From: Haplodiscus bocki
Lineage: Eukaryota
Direction: 5' to 3'
NCBI GenBank assembly: GCA_965655095.1
Contig: OZ296648.1
Location: 54,374,001-54,438,000, forward strand
DNA: 64,000 bases
The first letter of the stretch is position 1. Every line of letters starts with the position of its first letter. Below the pieces are notes generated by a model. It worked only from the letters and a program-made list of their open reading frames with translations, did no database searches and was not told the DNA's origin. Of the stretch, positions 63,301-64,000 are shown piece after piece. A program made the position numbers and the translations under genes.

Positions 63301-64000
63301 CAAATCATCCTCTGTAATCGGACCACTTCAACGAATGATTCACAAAATCTTTTTAAGCCTTCCCATGGTTTTGAATTTCCTTTTTCGCTTGCAAAAGTTG
63401 CACAAAGTCTCCCTTCATGCTTCCGCGGCGCTTTGGGTGTAAGTTTATTGAATTAGAGTTTCGGTGGAGACAAAACATTTGTCTTGGCCACTTTTGGTTT
63501 GACAATCTGCATGGGTTTGCGACTAGTTATGACAAAAACCTGAGTTTCCCTAAAAGTAATTGAAAGTCTGGTTCATGCAACTATTTTCTCTTTTGATGCC
63601 AGTTGTAAAGAAAAAAGTTGCTTTAGACGACTTGGGACGGTGTTCAACCGTCAGCATTTTTTAAAAAATTTCAAAATCTGCATTTTCCTGGAAGTTCCAC
63701 AGCATCGGCTCAGACTTCTCGAGGCGATGAGGTTAAAGCATTGACAAAGCACGCAAAACTCTTGACCCTACGTTTTATGGAACCGCAGCTTCCTTAACTT
63801 CGTCTGATTTTGTTTTTGATTTTGAGTTTTTTCTATCCGTAGGTTGTCGTTGGAGAAAAATTAGAAATTGCGATTTTTCTCTTCCGCTATTGTTGGATCA
63901 TCTAAAACTTCCGGTATTTCTGGCTGTTTTTTAAAATGTATATTTTTTTAGTATCAAAACAAATTATTGTTCACTGATTGCCATAAATGACAAAAGCAGG

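Noticed and set aside
63300-64000. N-terminal half of the integrase (first two catalytic Asp) or another viral gene
   Set aside because: Only ambiguous fragments (e.g. EGLKRFCES, FFLYNWHQ..LVANP). It may be a decayed upstream gene with part of the integrase deleted, but I cannot support an assignment.
1-64000. Terminal inverted repeats, pPolB, packaging ATPase, tRNA/rRNA genes, programmed frameshifting
   Set aside because: None recognised. Frameshifts differ among copies and co-occur with in-frame stops, consistent with decay rather than recoding.

Overview
About 61 of the 64 kb is a head-to-tail tandem array (macrosatellite) of a 3.1-3.45 kb unit: 19 capsid-gene copies and 18 full periods, running off the left edge. 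The unit is not simple satellite. Stitching the minus-strand frames across frameshifts gives decayed genes of a Polinton/Maverick (adintovirus-like) element: major capsid protein (MCP) -> adenain-type cysteine protease -> two uncharacterised genes (B, C) -> junction to the next MCP. The last ~3 kb holds single-copy remnants of the same element in matching orientation: C-terminal half of a retroviral-type integrase, minor capsid protein, a small G-x-G-motif core-like gene and the true MCP 5' end, which is split by a ~650-bp insertion. The array therefore looks like an in-situ amplification of the capsid/protease module of an endogenous Polinton-like virus. It shows two different unit junctions (two amplification rounds), a near-perfect 6,384-bp dimer duplication, microhomology-bounded deletions and conversion-like mosaicism. 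No intact gene, RNA gene or CRISPR array was found. Family assignments come from motif recognition in manually reconstructed translations, not database searches. Pseudogene boundaries are approximate (about +/-20 bp), and the host (probably an invertebrate animal) cannot be established from the window.
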